Made by a program: the position numbers and the translations under genes
DNA from: Daphnia carinata
Taxonomy: Eukaryota
Assembly (NCBI RefSeq): GCF_022539665.2
Contig: NC_081331.1
Coordinates: forward strand, 6,572,001 to 6,636,000
Direction of reading: 5' to 3'
Length of the DNA stretch: 64,000 bases
Part shown: piece by piece, positions 27,027 through 43,997 of the stretch
Numbering within the stretch: the stretch's first letter is position 1
Layout of the letters: each line of letters begins with the position of its first letter
The notes under the pieces: model-generated
The model's database searches: none
What the model was told of the DNA's origin: nothing
What the model saw: only the letters and a program-made list of their open reading frames with translations

Positions 27027-30000
27027 TGGCAATCCTCCGCCTCGAGTAGGATGACTGCATCAGCGATAGGAGAAACGATTTATTCGTCACGGCAGCCCGA
27101 AACGTGCAAAAAGGTTGGCCTCTTTCATTTGTTTTGCTTTTGACTGCAACGCCTTTGTCAGCCAAAGTAATCTTGGAGGATATTCCTCTTCTTTGGGCAA
27201 GGACGGCCGCAAATCTCATTTTTCATATGGTTAATGCCCAGGCAACACTGCTGCATGACGAATGGACAAGCTTCCATAGACATAACTCTGTTCACGATGA
27301 TGCAGCTCCAGCAAACACTACAGCTGGAATTTGACGCTGTTGCTGGCAATGTTTATCCCAACGATCGATTATGAATGGATGCGACGATCTAAGAATTTCT
27401 CTTTCTGTTTTCCAACGGCGAGGAAAGTCTTTTTTTTTTTCCCAGTAGAATAACGATATGCACCGACACTACAACATTAGAGAATCCTCCAACGTGATTT
27501 GCTGCACTGATTGAATGCCGTGACAGCATCGACGTTCTTTGTTGATTATCGGTGGTTGATGATCGTCCAAGACCCGTTTTCAATGCGTTGAACATGGCGA
27601 CCTAATGGCTCCTCCGCCTAATACGTCTGCTGTGGATGAATCGGTCGTAGATGGTCAAGGAACTACAAATGTGCGGCATGACCTTCTTGAGAAGGGAAAA
27701 GGAAATTCAGCATTCAAATTATCGATATTACGTTTGACTGCATAATAACCGGGTGATTATCATTCATAATTTTCCACCTAGACTTGGGGGTGGGCAATGT
27801 GTTACACGACCTCAGCCTCGAACGGAGCAGCGTAGTTTGAGTGATGATGATGATGATGGCTGGCTGTACGGTGAAAGAAAGAATTGCTTAAAAAAAAAAA
27901 AGAATGAAGAAAAGAAAACAGACGATGTTGTGAGTGAGAGGGGGAGGTCGCTAACAGGAAACTGATATCACGGCAACGTCGAAAAGGGAGAAGCTAAAAG
28001 GTTCGAAAAGAAAAAGAAAAACACGTTTGAAAAGAAAATGAATCGACGTATCACGTTTCTTCGGCCATGTTGCATAGCGAGAGAAATAAGCCAAAGGCAC
28101 CCGCCCAATTTTGCCATTGCGGTTGCTGGCCAAAAAGCAACGGCCATACACACACATGAGGTCCCAGGAGTGCCAGCCGGCAGAATTGTTGACTTTTTTT
28201 TCAGGGCGTGTAAAGCTATAGGCGGTACTCCAACATCCACCATTAAATGAGGCGGTGAATCAACTAAACAAAAAAGAGAAAAAAAATTACAACAACACAG
28301 TGTGGTACGGCACGGCACGGCAAAATCGAGACATTGCCCAGCTGGGCTCCGCTGAATGCGAACTTCCGATCCTTCCTCACAGCGGGGTAAGGGAAAAGGC
28401 AACACTGAAAACTATTTGTTGTTACGTGCCTGAGTACAGTTTACCTGCCTTTTTTTTTTTTTTTTGGTTACAATAAGCTCACTCTGTCCATCGTCGTCGT
28501 CTAGGGCGGCCGGCGCAGCAGCGTGTGGAATGTTGTTGGGTAGACCCAACAAAACAAAACGAATGAAAAAAAAGGATGGCGTCATCGCACGGCTCATCAT
28601 GTCAGAACATAGCGATGCGAATCGCGAATCGTTCATTGACATCACGCCCGGCCAGCCCCGAAGGCCGGCAGAAGAGAGGAAGAGAGAGAGATGAAAAATA
28701 AGCGAAAAGATGGAGGAGGAGGAAGGTTCAGGTACGCATGGAATGAATTCAACACCAACAGAAGACGAGAGGACCAGAGATTGAGTGTCGCAACGGAGAC
28801 AAAGACTTCGTTAATCAACGAGTCAAACGGGCGGATGCGCGTACACAAGAATATGGTAGACGAACGAGGAAGGATTATGATGTAGCATCCGCCCACCTCG
28901 AGGAAAAAAAAACAGAAACAGTCATCAGTGAAACGCTAGAAAATGAATAAAAACGAAGCAAAAAGAGAAACAAGGAAAAGAATGGAAAGAGGAAAAAGCC
29001 GAAAAGAACAAAGAAAGAAAAAAACATAAGGTGGATACAAAAAAAAATTATGTGGACGACAGCGGGGTATTATGAAGTCATAGGGAGTTCACGTTGGCAC
29101 GATGTAACACAGCTACACTCGGATTAGCACGTCAGCTATGCCGACATCTTGCCTTCGCGCGAAACCCTCCATCAGTCACGCGGCTTCGTTGCATCGGTCG
29201 CACACATCCTGCAGGTACGGAATCGATCGCAGTTAAACAACAGTCGATGCGGAGCAATAAAAATTCAAGCGCCATGGAAATCGCCGGTGTAATGGCTACG
29301 ACACACCAACTCACGCTCAACGTTCAATTCGTAACAGCATTCGTGAGTGAGCGGGCAAAGGAAGAAGTAAATAAAAAAAAATATATAGGTAAACGATGAC
29401 CAGAAAAGGTAAGAATCAAAAGCAATCGAAAAGAAAAAGAGCAGGGAGTGTAGACGGAAAGAAAATAAATAAGCCAGGCCCAACTTGGAAAAGGTGGGTT
29501 TCGCTCTTTTTCTCCTTTGAGTCACGGATGAAGTTCGAGTCACGCGCTCGCACGCGCCCCTCATATAGATAAAAATACAGATACAGTACACACTTTTGCT
29601 GTCTATGTATGTAGACTTCTATAAACTCCTTGCGGCACTTAGAATGAGGGAGTCTGTAAAAAAAAAAAACAAGAAGAAGATAGGAAAAAAAGAGGGACGA
29701 AAGGCGTTGGAGGTCGGTATGGACGCAACCGAACAGGACGGAGACGAAATCAAGACTAAAGCCGCTTCCCGGCTCCACGCGTGGGTTATCCTCTCTCTCT
29801 CGCCCTTTTTCTTATTCCCTCACCCAACTGCTCTGTTCCTGGTCCCAGGTGGTACTGGGCGTTTCACTCTTTCAACCAAAAAAAAAAAATGTACAACCTG
29901 AACCTGGGAACTACACACACACACACACCTATTCATGCATTTGAAACTTGTGCAAGTGAAACATAAAAATGAAATAAAAAATCACGCTGCCTTTTAGCTG

Positions 30001-32182
30001 TAGGCATAACCGGAGTAATCAACAAAGGGGTGGCTGGGTGGATTTAAACAGGAGTCTCGGGACCCTTGATGTGAAAGATAAGGATATCGCTGGAGGATCT
30101 TCTGCTTCAGAGAATAGTGACTGAAGGAAAAATGAGTTATACACGAAGAAGCCAAGTGTTATTCCGAAAAGCGTAAGGTGATAAGCTTTTTCTTTTCGGC
30201 TACGCGAGAAAATTTAGACGGAAACTTAAAAGGTGTGTGCGTGAGATTACCGATGAAGACGCAAGATGGCCAGTCGACTGTGAAAGGCGAAAAAAAAAAG
30301 ACGCAAAAGGAAAAATACACAAATAAAATATGTGACGTGATGCGTTTTAGAAGGTGAGGCAGCATCCAAGGAGTACAGGGTTGGGCAGATGAGCAAGAGT
30401 GGCCGCCGAGCGGTAGTGACGAGTGATCACGTCACGTCTTTAACAAAACGGATGACAACCGATGCCAACATGCCGTGGGGTTGGTCTCTATATTCACCCA
30501 ACCCACCCTTTTCTCGTAACTACCCACGCCTATATTTTCCCATTTTTCTTCTTTTGATTTGCCGGATCTAGAAGTGGGAATGTTTTCTAATTTTTTTTTT
30601 TTTTTTTTGTTTTCTCCTTTCTTTTTTTAAGGAAACAATTTCTGGTTGTCGGCAGGGGGAGAGAGAGAGCGCCTTCCTCCGCAGAATCCGCGCCGCCGAC
30701 ACGTTGCATGTATAGAATGTATACACACCATGCGCGTCTATATACATTCACGGCTTTACCTCCCACGAGTTCCGAGACGCGAAGAGGGGTTGGTTCGTTT
30801 TCTCATAAATAAATAATTACCATAGCTGGGGATTCAGACGTGTTTTGGTGGATGGATGTATACACCTCTGGCTAGCGGACCTGTAAAAAAATAGCTGTCT
30901 CGATTGATGCCTCGGTTAAAGCAGCTGCTCACGGGGGTTGAAAATCAACAGTCACAACGAATATTGATCAGGTTCCGAAGATCTGAATAAATGAAAAACA
31001 TACATAGATCGGCGTAAAAATGTTGTACTTGTGCTTCTACAATTCTCGAAAGTATGTAGACATCATTTTGGTGTGGATGCGCGGACGGAGTTGCATTTGG
31101 GTGGGTGGTTTAGGTGATGTGGAGTCTTTGCCCCGCGCGTGTGCACGTAAAAATCGAATGACTATTAAACAAAAGAAAAAAATCGAAGGACATGGAGAGA
31201 ATGAGTTGACATTATGATGAATGGGGAGTTGAGATCTTATCTTTTACTATTCACCGAACGCATCGTGATTCAAACGCGTGCTGATGACGTAGCCAAAATA
31301 TGTTTTTTCTTCGAGGTCTTTCTCCCGAATGGCTTTTTCTTAAATACCAACACATATGACGGGCCAATATACACCCGCTGCTTTTCCAGCTGTATAAGGA
31401 GGCAACAGGAATATTAGAAAACCTAAAGGTAAGAGACAAGGTATAGGATCGATCTTGCTTTACAATATCCAAACAGTTTCTTATGTTGTTTAAGTTGCAC
31501 AAGAGAGCCCATCTCTCGTCAGAAACATGGTAAGGCTCTCTGGTCCAGTCAAGAAGTTAACGTCTATCTGGAAGTTTTTATTACTGTTTGACTGTTTGTT
31601 TTTTTTTAAACCAGCAGTGTGGGCTATTCGCATGAAGAACGGTGAAAGGAAACAAATAGATACAGCGGAACAATTATTATTCCGAACTATAGGAACTGTG
31701 GAATGAAAAAGTCATTTGGTAAAAGATAATGAATAAACGAACTTATTCGATATCTAATTTTCCTTAATGGGTTTCCTCCCCCGGTGGAGGTGATTACGAG
31801 AGAGGTTTGTTGAGAGTTCCTTCGGTACACTAGCCGTGTGTGTGTTCTTCCTATGTGACACCTGTTTTGTATTTGTCCCCCTTTTTTTTCGATTGGGTGT
31901 GTGCTTTCAATTACATCCGGCCCGGCTGCTCTCGCCACGGAGTCATTTAAACAACAAAAAAAAAAAAAATAAAATAAAATAAGAGATAATAATAATTAAA
32001 AAAAAAACGAAACGATCCCTGACGCCCGGAGGAGAATTCAATCGGTCAATGTTATTTCGATGTTTCCAGCCATGAATACTTTTATTCTTCTCCGTTTCAT
32101 TTGTTTGTATTTTTTCTACTCCACATGAAGCCTCTCTTTGACTATTTTATTTATTTTTTATTTTTACCCTATTCCTTTCTTC

Positions 32183-32184
<2 letters not shown>

Positions 32185-32222
<38 letters not shown>

Positions 32223-32233
32223 ACACACACACA
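32185..32233. repeat. (CA)n microsatellite, about 24 units with one interruption
   Basis: Direct reading: cacacaca...catacacacacacac. Confidence 0.95.
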
Positions 32234-33685
32234 GCGAAGCTGATGTGCTTTCAGAAACAGGAAAAGATCCATCGCCGTAGAAATGGCGGGAACAAAAGGC
32301 GGACCTTTTCCGTCACGCTGGCGAGTGGGGTGTGACGTGCGTATTTTGTTTTATATTATTTTAATTTTTTTTTTTTCAGTCTCTCCCTCCTTTTTCTCTT
32401 TCTACTACAACTAATTTATTCGCCGACTGTAGCTGACGAGATGGAAGAAAGGTGGGGGCAAAATGGGCGGGTCTCCAACTGCACGACCATAGCTTGTAGC
32501 GTGTTATCAATACTAGACGGAGAGGCCGTCCATCAACTCTCACGACAGTCGATCGACAGGCGCAGACTACCTGGCACACACTGCCACAAGAGAGTAGGTG
32601 GCGGGTTGGGGTGTGTACGCGATGAACGCGTGCCTCTTTTGTTTTTTAAGCCTCTGGAGGGTCTACAACCCGGACTACCGATTTCCCGACAAATAAGGAA
32701 TCGACACTGGTCACAAACGGCGATTTAATACGCAACGCCGCAGGTGTCAATCGAAGTTGATGAGAAATATGTGTGTACATCACAGTTCCAATATTTAAAG
32801 GAAAACAAAATTGTAGGAAAACGAAAGTCACCCCCCACTCTGCCAACACCAATTCCGGATGAGTACACTCGACGACGAAACTCAACGGTAAACAATGGGG
32901 GGGGGATGGACCTGTGTGCACGCTTACTTTTGGGGCGAGGTCTCGCAATATTGTCGATGACACATTGCCAAGAGTAGGCCAATATTGACACGACCACTAG
33001 ATACTCTCCTTCCTGGTGGAACTTTTCTCCGCGCCTTTAGACGCTCTGTAGCCATAGAACATTCCACAATGGAAACGGTCTCTGTTTCGTTTTTCTCCCT
33101 CTTCAAGCCCATTTTTTTTATGCATCGAACGGGAGAAAAGAGTCATTGAGCTATACTAACAAAAAAGTTCAACAAAAGATACCGGTATGGCGTGCCGGGA
33201 CACCCCACGCTGTTTTGTTAGTCCTCTATTTTCTCTTTTTATCCCATCCTCGTTTCTCTTTTGAATACCTTCGATAACAAAACAGGCAGAGACTATTATT
33301 TTCTTTCTCGGCATGTCGAATATCCAAACTCTTCATGAACGAGTTAGTTCCCGATTTTTTTTTTGTCATTTTGTAACAAGAACAGACTAAAGGGGATATC
33401 CATGCGTTCAGGAAAAGACAGACGCGATTTGTCATCATAATTTCTAAACAAATTTGAAAGGGAATGACGTGCAATTCTGGTCAGTCGCCATTCTGTCACT
33501 TTCTGATATTGAAAAACAAGCCATCTGACGTTTTTATCCTAACTGTTAACCTGGCAAGACACTTTGGCCAAAGGTACCATAACGGGGACAGAAAGAAAAT
33601 GATTGACAAAAGAAGATTGTAAATAGTCACGCTTATCTCCGTGTTAATTTGAACAGAGCAAACGAGGCAATTCAAAATAGAGAGA

Positions 33686-35561
<1,876 letters not shown>

Positions 35562-36252
35562 CTTTCATGCACACAAATCCGCATGCATGCAGGCGAATTT
35601 TTTCCAGCAATGACACTGGATGTGTTTGGTGAGTAGGGGCTTTTCCAATAAAACAACTCACGATACTCGCGAAGTTCCCAATGGCCACAAGGTTTTTAAA
35701 AATTTTACTTCGTGCACCGCGTACGGCCGTGATCTGCGCAAGGGTTCTAAAGTGAATATCAAAGTTGTAACATCTGTGATTTTTCCAAAAAAAGCTGGGA
35801 GTGGTACGCGTAAACGGATGAAGGATGGCGGAAATAATAAAAGGGGGTGGGGATTAACTAAACAATTTTTCAAAAGTTTTCATTCCACGAAAACTCATAA
35901 TTTTCCCATTTTCAAAAAGCATACTATTGTAATGCTAGTCCCAGAATAATTTACAGTGGTATGTGTTTTTTCACGTTAAAAAGACGCCCGTTTAATAATC
36001 TGGAAGCAAGTTAAGCTTGATTTAAAGCTTGATGCATTTTTCTATTAACACTAGATGGCAGGATGTTGGGGGCTACTAGTTCAAATCTATGGCAATCCGT
36101 TTTACTCAAGAAAAAATCGGCCTTTTTTACTTTTTCGTTGCATCGTCAGATACCGGCCAGGTTCGCAGTTTATCCTCTACTGATAACTTTATATATTCTG
36201 GCTATATAAAAATAAAATTTAATTGAATAAAATAAGCCGAATGTTTGGCAAA

Positions 36253-36957
36253 TGCTAGCGCGCCAGTACGCTACAGCGCTAGCACGATGCAGCAGAAACT
36301 TTCGGTGTATTTCCAAAGCGGTTGACTTAATGAAAAAAAAAAATTTTTATCAGAATCAACAATCATTTTTGAGTATATCCTGGGATACTCAATCAATCCC
36401 GAAGAGAGCTGGTTTTTGTAGAAAAACATTTTAAGCCCGACTAAATAAGCCCGACTTTTCTTATTATTTGCACGAATATTCGGTGTAATTCAAAAACGGC
36501 TAACCTGACAAGATAACGAGTGGCATTTTCTAAATCAGCGTTGAATTTTGATTAAACTGTATGATTTTCATCGCATTCCAAGAGATGTCATTTTTGGCCG
36601 ATTTTGACAAAAGTGGTAAGGCTATAGCCTTTGCACTTTTTCATTTTTGGCTAAATTTTAAAGTTCGCTTAAAATGCATGATTTCGATTCAGAATTGAAC
36701 GCTTATCATGGAAAACAAACTTATTTTGCAATTGGTCTTATGGTTCTTTAATTAAACGCAAAAAACGCAAAAATGAGAAAAGTCGGGCTTATTTAGTTGG
36801 GCCAACTGAAAATCATCGGAATTGGTTGAGTATCACAGGTTATACTCAGAATCGGATGCTGATTCCGGGAAAATTTCTATTTTTTTCATGAAGTTATTCG
36901 TTTTTGAAATATTCCGAATATTTGACGCACTGCTAGCGCGCCAGTACGCTACAGCGC
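36253..36957. mobile_element. Degenerate non-autonomous foldback/MITE-like element (related sub-repeats extend to ~37320)
   Basis: Imperfect inverted arms 36301-36460 vs 36777-36918 and ~36533-36577 vs ~36661-36707; central palindrome AAGGCTATAGCCTT at 36618-36631; 27-bp direct repeat TGCTAGCGCGCCAGTACGCTACAGCGC at 36253-36279 and 36931-36957; recurrent AAGCCCGAC motifs; no transposase ORF. Confidence 0.65.
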
Positions 36958-39447
36958 AGCTCCATCGCATTATTCAGTATAATTAAAAAACAACTGCTTT
37001 AATGAAAAAACTAATAATTCGCCTGAAATCCGCTTCTAATTTTGAATATGATGTGTAATTTACGATTGAATTCCAAGTGGTATGCTTTTCGTCAAATTGT
37101 TTGGTTGAAAAATAAGCCCGACAAAATAAGTTAAGCCCGACTTTTCGACCAATTTAGTTAGTTTTTTTCAAAAATCTTCAGCTTAGCAACATATTTGCTT
37201 TAGATTCGAGTTCAACGAGAAGCACGAAATCGAATTCTTATTTTTCATGAAATTCAAAATTTCTGAAGTAACTGGAAAAACGGTAACATACGTTGGCGCT
37301 CTAGTACGCTTCAGTAGTCGTGCTACATCGTGTATTTTATCATGAAAACGCATCATTGCTTGGTGAAATCATATTTTATAAAATAGTAAAAGATTTAGTA
37401 AGGATAAAAACATTGTATTGCATAAATATAAATGAGGCTGGATCAACAATCGCTGAATACAAACAATAAAAGTATGTTCAAGCGAAGAGATGGCATTGAC
37501 ATTCAGCAACTGCAATGAGGGAAAACGGCGGCACTAAGTTGGAACAGGTATTCCATAACGAAATTTCAGCCAGGCTGGGAAATGAATCTTGATCACGCCG
37601 AACGGCTTAAAAAAATAGATCAATCGTAACAAAATTTGACCACTCGGACGCACTGATACGTCCCTACAAGCTGACATCCTTTTCGGCGTGACTGCTTAAA
37701 AGTTGCAAAAACGTAAAAGAGAAAACTGAGAAGCCGTCTCGAATTCAAAGCACCAGCTCGCGGCAAAAGGGGTCCGTCGAATATACTCATAAGACACATT
37801 GGATAGAATCCCTATCGGGAAATTATGACTTATTGTGGAATTGGCTTTCGAAAAACCGTGGCATGGAAGAAACTACCGTTTAAAAGTGGTAACTTGTTTA
37901 AATCTTCAAATGAAACAGGCAGAATGCTCAGACACCGTAATTTAATCTCAGGCATTTTAAAAGGCATCCTTTTTACAAAAAATGTACAATTATTAACGAA
38001 ATTGGGTGATTTGGTCTCTTGCACAAACTTCAGCGATTAAACGAGACGCAAATAGGTCGAAAAAATTGGGAAAGCGAAATGAGTAAATTTTGCAATGGCG
38101 AACAAAGGAACCCAATGCTCATGTGGATTTCGGTCGTTGACATATGAAGCGTTAACAGGCATTGTGGTGGAATTATTATATTTAAAAATTTTGCCAGAAC
38201 CTAAACGGGGGCAGGATAATACACAATCGGAAGTTAAGGAATCGCTCTCTTTAAAAATTACGAGAACGTGTGCGATGACACGTGAATGCCTCTAGTGCCA
38301 AACTGACTAGTTAAACAATTCCCTTCTGCGATGAAAAGGGGCTAACTATGATGGTATACATGAGGTGGTAATTGAATTTAATATTAAACAAAGAGAACAA
38401 TGATTACGAAATGGACCTCAACTTTGAATTAGGTCCCGTATCCCTGCGACACACACAAACACAAGAACAAACACACACACATACACACACAAAGTAACGT
38501 GGAAAAAGGGCGGCAGTAGGACAATTTTAAATCAACTAAAACTTAACTACGCGAGATCAGACAGTCTCTGCTGTCTCGAAATGAACATGAGGGGCTTTGG
38601 TCGGCAAAGGCGAAGGTTTTGTGGTACAGATTGGGTATACAAACAACAGTGTCCGAACCTCAGGTACCTTTACTGCCGGCCAAGCTGGCAGTGAAGTGGA
38701 CAGCGAATGAAGAATGGTTCTGAAAGCTCGGGCATAGTATTTTGAAGAAAAAACATTGAGGCGCCCCAAAGCAACAGGTTTTGTCTTCCTGCGTAGACTT
38801 CTCCCAGGACTATACAGTTTGGCTTCATTACTTCTACAATAAGCTATATTGGCTGTATTCACGAAGATATGGGGAGGTAGGTCAGCTCACGTTATCGCCG
38901 CGACGAGAGGAAAACGTTCCGACTCTAGAATAGTCCATCCGCAATCGATGTCAGAATAGTGGCACAGGGCAGCGCGGAGTCCAAACAGACGAAGTGTCCA
39001 GTATGTTAATGGGTCGCAAGGCAAATTAAAGGAAAACATTTGGATGAATCCGTCAATGCCGTAACCTGAATCACACTTGTTTCTTCGTAAGAAATTTCAC
39101 GTTGATTCAGCGAAGCTCCTAAGCCGAACCACAATGAATTCCTGCGTTGACTAACGATATACCTGGTAAAACCAAATTCACATATACCGCGCAGAAGTTG
39201 GGCTTGTTTGTTCAGTATCCACCGAAACATTTAACATCCTGCACTTATCTTGTTTAACACGGCGCCTTACCAGAAAAAGTACCATCGATCTTTGCGGAAG
39301 AAAATATCTGCCATAACATTAACGTGGCGATTGCTTAATCTGTTACACCGACTAAGATTAGCAGGGGAAAATTGTAGATAACCTAAAGACAATTACGGAC
39401 AGTGGAAACTGAAAAAATCATACCCCATATTCTCGCAAGACGTCATG

Positions 39448-42400
39448 TCAAAAACGAAAAATTGCATATTGTGTTAAACTATTTTTGGTGGGTGCTGTAC
39501 CAATCCGTTTAGGAATAACGACTAGCTTTGAAGACTCCGTAACCAAAGGCACCGCATTTGCAGCACAAGCGACCCCTATTTTGGGAGTTGTCTGACCACC
39601 AACACCACAAACAAACGGGTTGTGGAATGCGCTAACCGCGCGCTTCTGACGGTCTTCGAGATCCTCGTCATCGGGAAACGGAATGTTATTGCAAGAGCGT
39701 GCGGAAGAATCTTCAGACGGCAAGAAGGACGGGATTTTTTCGGCGGTGGGGCCGATATTTAACCACGGGTGATGAAGGCAACATTGAGCAGTCAGCCGAG
39801 TACTAAATTTTCAAAAAAGTAAAAAATTAAAAAAGAATAAATAAACAAATAGAAAAAATATGTATATATAAATACATATATGCTAGATATGATATGTTAA
39901 TATAACATTTCACCTTTCATGTTCCAAAATTTTTATAGTATTTTACATGGCTGTGTATCACAAGAATCAAGATGGATAACGTGAAAATAAGCACAAGGTA
40001 AAGGATTCAGTAGCCGAAATGATCGCAATATTAGGATGGCGTCTCCATCACCATTAATGATTAGCGGTTTAATGGTTTACCTGGGATCGTGGGTAAGCAG
40101 GTTAGAAATAAATTCGATGGCTGTTGGTGAAACATCCTGGAAAAGTTCGTCAGGGAAGTCCAGTTGGCAGCGAGTGATATTACAAAAGGTTTCCTGTTTG
40201 GTCTCTCCTCCAAACGGTGTACAACCGGTGAGCAATACATATGCTAGAACACCGACCGACCTAAAGGTGTCAAGGTAATCACTATTTTCTACTTAGCTCC
40301 TTCTTTAACACGTAAAAATAATCTGGCTACATTTCATTAAAACTATAGTCTTTTTTCACTAAAACGTTAAAGGTGTATCGGTTTAATCTAAGTTCCAATC
40401 GACGTGGCATTCCGTTGAAAGTTGGATTGGAACTCCTGAAGACTTCACTTACCACATGTCTGTTGCTAGGCTGATGGGCTCATAGTTCAATATTTCCGGT
40501 GCTGTGATGATGAACGCTTGTCTTAGCACAATAAATTATCAATGAGTGAAAAGCTTATAATACTGACCAACATAATCAGGAGTTCCCATAATTTCGCGCA
40601 TATCCACCCCACGAGCGATATGCCTTGCTAAACCGAAGTCACACAGCTTAATATCACACTCGGGGAACGGTCCCGTTAATAGCAAATTTTGAGGCTAAAG
40701 AAAGACGTTTCGTTGAGCATGAGTATCTGATAATTATCTTCGTAATATAAACTTGTGTGATACCTTCAAATCTAAGTGTGCTATGTCAAAGTCATGAAGG
40801 AATAGTAAACCCCCCAAAACTTGGCGTAGAAGACGGACAACGTGTTTTTCTTCCGGTATTTCATCGCGATCTAGCACACTTTGCAGCTCCCCACCAGTAG
40901 CTCTAAAACAAACAAAAAAAGGTAAATATGCCTTGATGTTCTGAATTTTCTTTTCTCAATCACATCAATTGGGTTTGTGTCATTGTTAATAAAATGAATT
41001 AACAGCACTTACAGTTGCAAAATGAGGATAGTTTCCAAAGGTGTATCGTACAATTGTACTAGTTGAACGATGTGCGGACACGAGCGACACAAGTCCAAAA
41101 TTGCTGCTTCATGCAACGATTCCGGTGTAGGACCGCCACCTCGACGTCTTTTGCGGATCACTTTGTCAGCAAATTGTTCTCCGTTCAAAATATTTTGACA
41201 TCGCTTCACAGCAGCAAATTTGCCCCTGGTAGGAGGAGATTCGAAAAGCAAAATTTTTTATTAGCAAGATTGATCGGTGTTGACATTAATGGAGATTTGT
41301 TTGATCTATCAAAGCCATACAAGTGTGAAATTAAGAATGTGCAATCGTACAGAAAGGAATGCCTATAAGGAACAACAAATTAAATTTACAAAGTTTTGCG
41401 TTACGTATCGCCATAGAGCTTTTATGATGATCAGGGTAACGAACATTTTGGCAGCTTTCCTATTTCGGTTGTAGGTAACTGCTGCAAGGGCGTGACCCAA
41501 ATAGTACCAGACTTTTCAACGAGCTTACGCCTATCCTTTGGAAAGGTAGCAAGCCATAAATATAAGGTTAGTTTTCTCTCAAAGATCGACGAGGAAAAAA
41601 AACTTGTAAATGACGCACTGCACGGACTGTATGACTGAGGTTAACGCCCAACTTTTGTTTCGTTCAAACTGGAATTTAAAGTAGTACACGGTGAATACTA
41701 GTAGAGCTTTCTTTTTCATATACCTTTTTATTTCCCGGATGATTGTACGGTTTCTCCTACATTCTGTACGAAAGTCCTAGCCCACTATTTATTCCTTACG
41801 AGTAGGTATATGTGAATTGCGATGCTGCAAACTGTATTTATCTTTGCCGAACCACGCTTTTTCTCTCAAATTTAAACTAGAAAGGGCCAAAGGATCGCTA
41901 ATAAATGATCAATCGATAAAAGCCTATCCGTGTGTTTTTCGAATCGAAGATTTACACACGCAAATCGGTGGTATGTGAATGCCGCCCGCAAGTTGCACGT
42001 CCCACATGCCGCGGAATTCTATCAGTTTTCCTTTCATCATAACTAAAATTGAAAGTGAACACGTACTGTTCCCTGCTTACGCAATAATATGCCGAGTGCG
42101 TCTTTATACGTGAACCCGCTACAAAATCCTTCTTATCACGCTTCAACCCTCCACCACACCGAAATGCGAAAACATTTCGAGGAACGAACCAATAACCTTT
42201 ACACCTGTAATCGCCTTTCGTTATCGTTCATAGAACATTGATAAAATAAGTGCATGATGCACGTAGACTTCAAACCCTTCCGAGACGTTTATACGTGGGT
42301 AAACATGATAAGAGTGAGCTAAAGGCCATCAAAACTGTACTTCGTGAAGGACGAACGTGTTTATTTATTTCAGTAAATTCCGTTTTTGCCAAAGTCCGCC

Positions 42401-43997
42401 TCTTCAATAGTTTATATAAACACGTTTTGATGTATAATCTTAATTGGCTAAGTCAAACGGACTAGGTAATCGGTTTTTATTACTGTTCAATTTTCCATGG
42501 TACTGAACAATGAGAAAGCCATTTAATTCATCAAAGAGGCCTTCGTATAACCAAAAATGTAAAGGCAAAAACATTTAAAACTTTTCCTTTTTGGCTTCCA
42601 TTATCCCCGAGTGGGTGACGACACCCAAGAGTCCGCGTGTATCCGTCGAATGCTAACGGGACAAGCGCTAAGAATGCCACATTAGGTAGTTTGCTATTTT
42701 AGGGCAAGGAAGGTCGACTACTTTGGATACACGGTCCAGTAGCCGTAAAAGGGCAAAGAACTACGAAAAACAAAACCGAAAGAAGACGTTTGGCGATAGT
42801 GGGAGGGATTGGTGAAAATGGCTTGGTTCTCTGCAGCTAAATAACAACGTTAGAGCCATGTCTAACGTTACTTTCTTCGTAAATATTACAACAGCTTTTC
42901 GTTGCACGATCACATGCTCATCACCAGTTTTATCGGCCACTTATATTTACTTTCACGAGCTACGTATATTGGGACGAATCACTCGTTCGTTCTAACGGTC
43001 AAGGCAAATCAATCAGTTTCGTCATTATCAGCTGGTCATTTCTAAATGCACAGCAAAACCTACTCAGTTTTAATACATTAGCTGTTAGTGAGTACCTCAG
43101 TACTTCCATTGTGGAATCTATTTAAAATTATATCTACAAGGGTTGAGTAATTGCCCCAATTTGTTTGGGAACGGCAATCTTGATGTATGCGGTTTATGAA
43201 AACAATGACGATAAAATCAAAAATTGTGGTTGCCAAACATCCGTTAGATTTGTGTACGATAAAGCACATCTTTGTTAAAGTTATGTATGAAAGCGTTTAT
43301 ATGGGAGGAAGCAAAATTTTCTACGCTAGTGCGGTGCGTCGATTTTAAAGTAATAAAAACAACGGCAGTTATCTAACGATAACCGGAGAGAAAACCTGAC
43401 CACGAATGAATATAATTTTTACAAGTAACGACAAATCCAATCTGAATCTGTATCATAACTGAGAAGTGCCTTTTTTAAATGTGAGAAGGGAAGTCAATGA
43501 ATAGAAACAGGAGAGAGGAAACGAGGAGAGAGTCTCAATAAACCTAATGAACCAATTTTTTTTATTGCGTAAAAGTTGCCGAAACCCATGGCACGCAAAT
43601 TGAATAAGAACTATCGTTTATGGTGTTGTTAAATCCGCTAAGAATAAGCTCATTCAAATAGGAATACTTGGAACAATTGAAATTGATTTATAAGTGTTAA
43701 ACTAGTATTTCATAATGATAGTATCATTATTGTTTTATGTGATAAACAAACCTTAACACTGCTTCTAATGCACATGTCATTACTTGTTAACCAAAAACTT
43801 CCTTTTTCATTGCAGCTTTATGAATTCTTTTAGCAGTATCTATAAAATGCACACTAGATAAGAAATACGTAATTTAATTTGACATACCTTGCGAATGGTT
43901 GCTTTTCCACTGTATACAGCTGGTGGAGTGGTTCCCGGGCTACCAATAATTCAGCCCTAGATGGGCATAAAGTCAGCAAACCAGGTATTGAACTCAT
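39448..43997 (-). CDS. Drak: Death-associated protein kinase-related (DRAK/STK17) Ser/Thr kinase, 7 coding exons
   Basis: Spliced translation: PFAR|GKFAAVKRC...FADKVIRKRRRG...LHEAAIL...ATGGELQ...IAHLDLK|PQNLLLTGPFPECDIKLCDFGLAR...EIMGTPDYV|APEILNYEPISLATDMW|SVGVLAYVLLTGCTPFGGETKQETFCNI...HPWL. The start codon is less certain. Confidence 0.92.

Noticed and set aside
27016..27390. Minus-strand frame with several in-frame TGA codons (possible selenoprotein P-like)
   Set aside because: The frame is closed upstream by TAA, shows no selenoprotein similarity, and I found no SECIS element.
27750..33500. Many short ORFs rich in K/F
   Set aside because: They derive from homopolymer and microsatellite sequence; no domain signal.
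39448..43997. DRAK kinase as part of the cell-death/immune cluster
   Set aside because: Conserved housekeeping-type kinase separated from the cGLR by three unrelated genes; nothing in the sequence links them.
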